DNA of 64,000 nucleotides, from assembly GCA_965243025.1 (NCBI GenBank), contig CBDETY010000003.1:5792001-5856000 (forward strand), in the 5' to 3' direction. The position numbers were made by a program, and so were the translations under genes. Positions 60,198-64,000 of the stretch are shown here, in pieces; the stretch's first letter is position 1; the number at the start of each line of letters is the position of its first letter. Origin of the DNA: Candidatus Latescibacterota bacterium. Its GTDB lineage: Bacteria; Latescibacterota; UBA2968; UBA8231. The notes beneath the pieces were generated by a model. It saw nothing but the letters and a program-made list of their open reading frames with translations. It was not told where the DNA came from and searched no databases.

Positions 60198-61361
60198 TCA
60201 AAGGCCGGGGTACATGCGCCCCGGGTTCAGTGTCGATCCGGGATCGAGGGCCTTCTTCAGCGCCCTGTTGGCCGCCATCAGGGGAGGCGTAAGCGGTGTG
60301 AACGCCTCTTCGTTGTCGTCCTGCGGGCCGGTCGAGAAGCGCCAGGCGCCGCCCCCGCAGCCCAGGGCGTCGGCGTGCAGGGCGGTCCCGTCGCAAGCGG
60401 CCGGCATCAGGGCCCACACGGCAGCCCCGGCCTGGTCGAGGCCGCAGCGCCCCATTCCCTGCGATCGCAGCCGTTCGACCAGGGAGACCGCCGCGCTCGC
60501 CGGGACCGCGAAGCGCCACAGCTCCTCTCCTGCTCCAGGCTGCATCGCCGAGAGCTCGCGGATATTCCGCCACGTCCGGCGGGACTGGTCGGCATCCAGT
60601 ATTCCGGCGCCGCTTCCCGCTTCCCGCGCCAGCGTTTCCGCCTGCTCCACCACCGCCGCCTGCAGCCCCTCGACGCGGGCGAAGGCGCGGTTGCCGGCGT
60701 CTTCCGGGAACCAGGAAAGGCCGCTGATTTCGAAGGGCAGACGGGCCCAGGTCACCAGTTTTTCCGCGGCTGCTCCGATCTGCAGACCCTCGATTACCAC
60801 GGTGCGCTCGCTTTCCGGCCGCGGCCACAGCTTCAGGCAGATTTCGGTCAGCACCCCGAGAATCCCGAAGGAACCGGTCATGGCGCGGGGCAGGTCGTAG
60901 CCGGTGACGTTCTTGACCACCTTGCCGCCGGCGCGCACCAGCTCTCCACGGCCGTCGACGAACTCGACCCCGAGGACGAAGTCGCGCGCCGCCCCGGCCT
61001 TGAAACGCCGCGGTCCGGAAAGCCCGCAGGCGATCGTGCCTCCCAGGGTGGCGGCCAAAGACCAGTGCGGCGGCTCGAAGGCCAGGTGCTGGCCGCCCTC
61101 GGCAAGGAGCTGTTCCAGCGCGGTCAGCCTCATTCCGGGGCGCGCGACGACGATCAGCTCGTCCGGCTCGTAGCTGACGAGGCCGTCCAGCCCGCAAAGC
61201 TCAAGCCGGTCTCCCTGCGGGGCCCGGCGGCCGAGAAAGGAGCGGGTGCCGTTGCCGGCGATCACCAGGTTGCTCCCGCGGTCGGCTGCGCGGCGCACCG
61301 CCTCGCCCACTTCGGCCGGGTCGCGGAGAAGCTGTTCCTCGACGGGGGTCGCCCGGGTCAT
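60198..61361 (-). CDS. glcE: Glycolate oxidase FAD-binding subunit GlcE-like
   Basis: YEPDELIV, LAFEPP, TLGG..SGPRR, GGKVVKNVTGYDL, LNPGRMY. Confidence 0.85.
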   Translation of the reverse strand: MTRATPVEEQLLRDPAEVGEAVRRAADRGSNLVIAGNGTRSFLGRRAPQGDRLELCGLDGLVSYEPDELIVVARPGMRLTALEQLLAEGGQHLAFEPPHWSLAATLGGTIACGLSGPRRFKAGAARDFVLGVEFVDGRGELVRAGGKVVKNVTGYDLPRAMTGSFGILGVLTEICLKLWPRPESERTVVIEGLQIGAAAEKLVTWARLPFEISGLSWFPEDAGNRAFARVEGLQAAVVEQAETLAREAGSGAGILDADQSRRTWRNIRELSAMQPGAGEELWRFAVPASAAVSLVERLRSQGMGRCGLDQAGAAVWALMPAACDGTALHADALGCGGGAWRFSTGPQDDNEEAFTPLTPPLMAANRALKKALDPGSTLNPGRMYPGL

Positions 61362-61364
61362 TCC

Positions 61365-62849
61365 TCAGAAACGCTCGAGCCCGGGAAAGGAGAGCTGGCC
61401 GCCGTGCACGTGCATGCGCCCTTCCGCGCAGCGCCGGAGCACGGGGTACACCTTGCCGGGATTCAGCAGGTGGCGGGGATCGAAGGCAGCCTTGACGTGC
61501 TCCTGGGCGTCGAGGTCGGCGTCGCCGAACATGCAGGGCATGAGGTCCCGCTTCTCGATGCCGACGCCGTGCTCCCCGGTCAGCACGCCTCCGGCGGCGA
61601 CGCAGAGCTTGAGGATCTCCGCGCCCAGCTCCTCGGCCGTCTCCAGCTGCCCCGGCTGGTTGCCGTCGTAGAGGACGAGGGGATGCAGGTTGCCGTCACC
61701 GGCGTGGAAGACGTTGGCCACGGCGAGGCCGTAGATCCGTGAAAGCTCCTGGATGCGGCTGAGGACCTCGGGCAGCCGCCCCCGCGGAATGGTGCCGTCC
61801 ATGCAGTAGTAGTCCGGAGTGATCCTCCCCATCGCGGGAAACGCCGCCTTGCGGCCGGCCCACAGCTGCAGCCGCTCCGCCTCGTCGGCGGACTTCCTCA
61901 TCTGCGTCGCACCCGCTGCCGCCAGCAGCTCTTCGAGCCGCGGGAACTGGGCCTCGACCTCGGCCCGGGGACCGTCGAGCTCGACGAGCAGCAGCGACTC
62001 GACGCCGCGCGGGTACCCGCACCCGAGGAAGTCCTCGACCGCTTCGATCGCCAGCCGGTCCATGATCTCCATGCCGGCGGGGACCATCCCGGCGGCAATG
62101 ATGTCGGCGACCGCGCGCCCGGCCGCCTGCACGCTGTCGAAGACGGCCATGACGGCGCGCGCCGTCTCCGGTCTGGGCAGAATGCGCAGCGTCGCCCGGG
62201 TGATGAGGCCGAGCAGACCCTCGGACCCCGTCATCAGGGCGAGCAGGTCGTAGCCGTTGCACTCGAGGCCCTTGCCGCCGATTTCGACCACCTCTCCGTC
62301 CGCCAGCACGATCTGCAGTCCGAGGACGTTGTTGGTCGTCGTGCCGTACTTGAGGCAGTGCACCCCGCCCGAGTTCTCGGCGACGTTGCCCCCGATGGTG
62401 CAGGCGAGCTGGCTCGAAGGGTCCGGGGCGTAGTAGAACCCCCGGTGCTGCACGGCGTGAGTCACCCCGAGGTTGGTAACCCCCGGCTCCACCGTGACGG
62501 TGCGGTTGTCGAAGTCGATGTCGAGGATGCGGTTCATCGCCGCCATGCTGACGACGACGCCGTCCCGCAGCGGCAGGGCGCCTCCCGACAGCCCGGTCCC
62601 GGCCCCCCAGGGGACGATCGGGATGCCGAGGTCGCAGCAGGTCTTCATCAGGGCGGACACCTGTTCGGTCGAGCGGGGCAGGACCACGGCCATGGGAACC
62701 TGGCGGTACGCCGACAGGGCGTCGCACTCGTACGCCACCAGGTCCTCCCGGCGGTGGATGACCTGGTTTTCGTCGAGGAGCCGGCGGAGTCGGCGCACCA
62801 GCTCGTCGCGGCGCTGCAGGCGGGCGGGGTCGGGTTGCGGAAGCTGCAT
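61365..62849 (-). CDS. glcD: Glycolate oxidase subunit GlcD-like
   Basis: GAGTGLSGG, PDPSSQ..CTIGGNVAENSGG..CLKYG, HAGDGNLHP, GEHGVG. Confidence 0.9.
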   Translation of the reverse strand: MQLPQPDPARLQRRDELVRRLRRLLDENQVIHRREDLVAYECDALSAYRQVPMAVVLPRSTEQVSALMKTCCDLGIPIVPWGAGTGLSGGALPLRDGVVVSMAAMNRILDIDFDNRTVTVEPGVTNLGVTHAVQHRGFYYAPDPSSQLACTIGGNVAENSGGVHCLKYGTTTNNVLGLQIVLADGEVVEIGGKGLECNGYDLLALMTGSEGLLGLITRATLRILPRPETARAVMAVFDSVQAAGRAVADIIAAGMVPAGMEIMDRLAIEAVEDFLGCGYPRGVESLLLVELDGPRAEVEAQFPRLEELLAAAGATQMRKSADEAERLQLWAGRKAAFPAMGRITPDYYCMDGTIPRGRLPEVLSRIQELSRIYGLAVANVFHAGDGNLHPLVLYDGNQPGQLETAEELGAEILKLCVAAGGVLTGEHGVGIEKRDLMPCMFGDADLDAQEHVKAAFDPRHLLNPGKVYPVLRRCAEGRMHVHGGQLSFPGLERF

Positions 62850-62864
62850 CGGGGGAATCCCGGA

Positions 62865-63878
62865 TCAGGCGGCGCCGTCGAGCCCGAGCTCTTCGGAGTA
62901 GGCGAACAGGGCGGGGGTGCCGCCGGTGTGCACGAACACCAGGGTGTGTTCGCCGGACCACCAGCCGCGGGAGACGTGGGCGATCAGCCCGGCCATGGTT
63001 TTTCCGGTGTACGAGGGGTCGAGGAGAAGCCCCTCGGCGCGGGCGGCCAGCCTGATGGCGTCCCGGGCCTCTTCGGTGACGACGCCGTAGTCCGGTCCGA
63101 CGAACTCGGAGTAGCTCTCGAACTCGGCCGCCTCGAACTCGAGGTCGAGGTCGAGGATGCTGGCGTGCTCGGCGGCCAGGGCCGCCATCCGCCGCGCCGC
63201 TTCGGCGTCGTCGCGCGGGGCGGGGCTGATTCCGACGATGCGCAGGCCGAGTCCCAGGGCCTTGCCGGCGACCACCATGCCGGTATGGGTGTGGGCTCCG
63301 GAGCAGAGGTAGATGGCGTCGGGCTGAACCTCCATTCCCTGCAACTGCTCCCACAGCTCGAGGAAGCCGTCGACATAGGCGATGCCGCGGTACTCGTAGC
63401 CGTCGGTGCTGGTGTTGAAGGGGCGGTGGCCGGCGGCTCGCAGCTCCTCCATGCGCGTCGCGATCGCCTCGGTCTGGCAATCCGGGGGGGCCAGAAGGAC
63501 CTCGGCCCCGAAAAGGCGGGACAGCAGCAGGTTCCCCTGGCTGTGGGCGTGGGCGTCCCGGCGGCCGACGACCACGGAACGCAGTCCGAGCCTGGCGGCG
63601 ACGGCGGCGGTCTGGCGCGACTGGTTCGACTGCGCCGCGGCCCCGTGCAGCAGCACGTCGCAGCCCTGTTCCACGGCCGGGGCCAGCGAGTACTCGAACT
63701 CCCTGATCTTGTTTCCGCCCATGGCCAGACCGGTGTGGTCCTCCCGCTTGACCAACAGCCGGGGCCCCAGCTCGGCGCTCAGCCGCGGCAACGGCTCCAG
63801 CGGGGTGGGCAGGACGGCCAGGTCAAGGCGGGGAAGGCGCCCGAGGCGCTCGCGGATTTCTTCAGCGGTGTAGGTCAT
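62865..63878 (-). CDS. D-cysteine desulfhydrase/ACC deaminase family PLP enzyme
   Basis: PTPL, KREDHTG..GGNKIR, QSN, EGLLLDPSYTGK, HTGG. Confidence 0.88.
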   Translation of the reverse strand: MTYTAEEIRERLGRLPRLDLAVLPTPLEPLPRLSAELGPRLLVKREDHTGLAMGGNKIREFEYSLAPAVEQGCDVLLHGAAAQSNQSRQTAAVAARLGLRSVVVGRRDAHAHSQGNLLLSRLFGAEVLLAPPDCQTEAIATRMEELRAAGHRPFNTSTDGYEYRGIAYVDGFLELWEQLQGMEVQPDAIYLCSGAHTHTGMVVAGKALGLGLRIVGISPAPRDDAEAARRMAALAAEHASILDLDLEFEAAEFESYSEFVGPDYGVVTEEARDAIRLAARAEGLLLDPSYTGKTMAGLIAHVSRGWWSGEHTLVFVHTGGTPALFAYSEELGLDGAA

Positions 63879-64000
63879 GGAAGTTCCCTCCCGCCAGCCG
63901 GGAGAAGTCAAGAAGATAGGTTCGGGCAGTCCGGTGAGCCACCGGCACGGGCAGGTCCGACAGCATATAAGTTCAATCCAGCAAACAAGTTGTCGGATTC

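Overview
High-GC bacterial chromosome segment. Gene content (PorX-like RR/PglZ next to tsaE, PorV/FadL-like barrels, ileS-dksA-lspA-rluD, fused secDF, a C-terminal TTWGxVK motif) suggests an FCB-superphylum lineage such as Latescibacterota or a relative; this is inference. About 48 CDSs were called, mostly housekeeping or envelope genes (clpB, degP, hemH, glyA, tal, kdsC, ileS, secDF, glcDE). No rRNA, tRNA, CRISPR, transposase or integrase was recognised. The standout is the region upstream of a 2228-aa Ig-repeat adhesin/autotransporter (13582-20268). It contains a putative promoter, a structured leader with an 18-aa peptide whose stop lies in a terminator-like hairpin, and six tandem ~71-bp copies of the adhesin's own translation-initiation region. 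Copies 3-5 form a chain of overlapping 25-aa uORFs, each ending just past the next start codon, with the last ending just past the adhesin ATG. Other notable items are a temptin-like CxxCH protein, a split Tm-1-like operon, a eukaryote-type xylulokinase, a 2-phosphoglycerate-kinase-like gene, a sigma54-type promoter before clpB and a metallopeptidase-propeller-Omp85 fusion. All calls were made by eye, without database searches.
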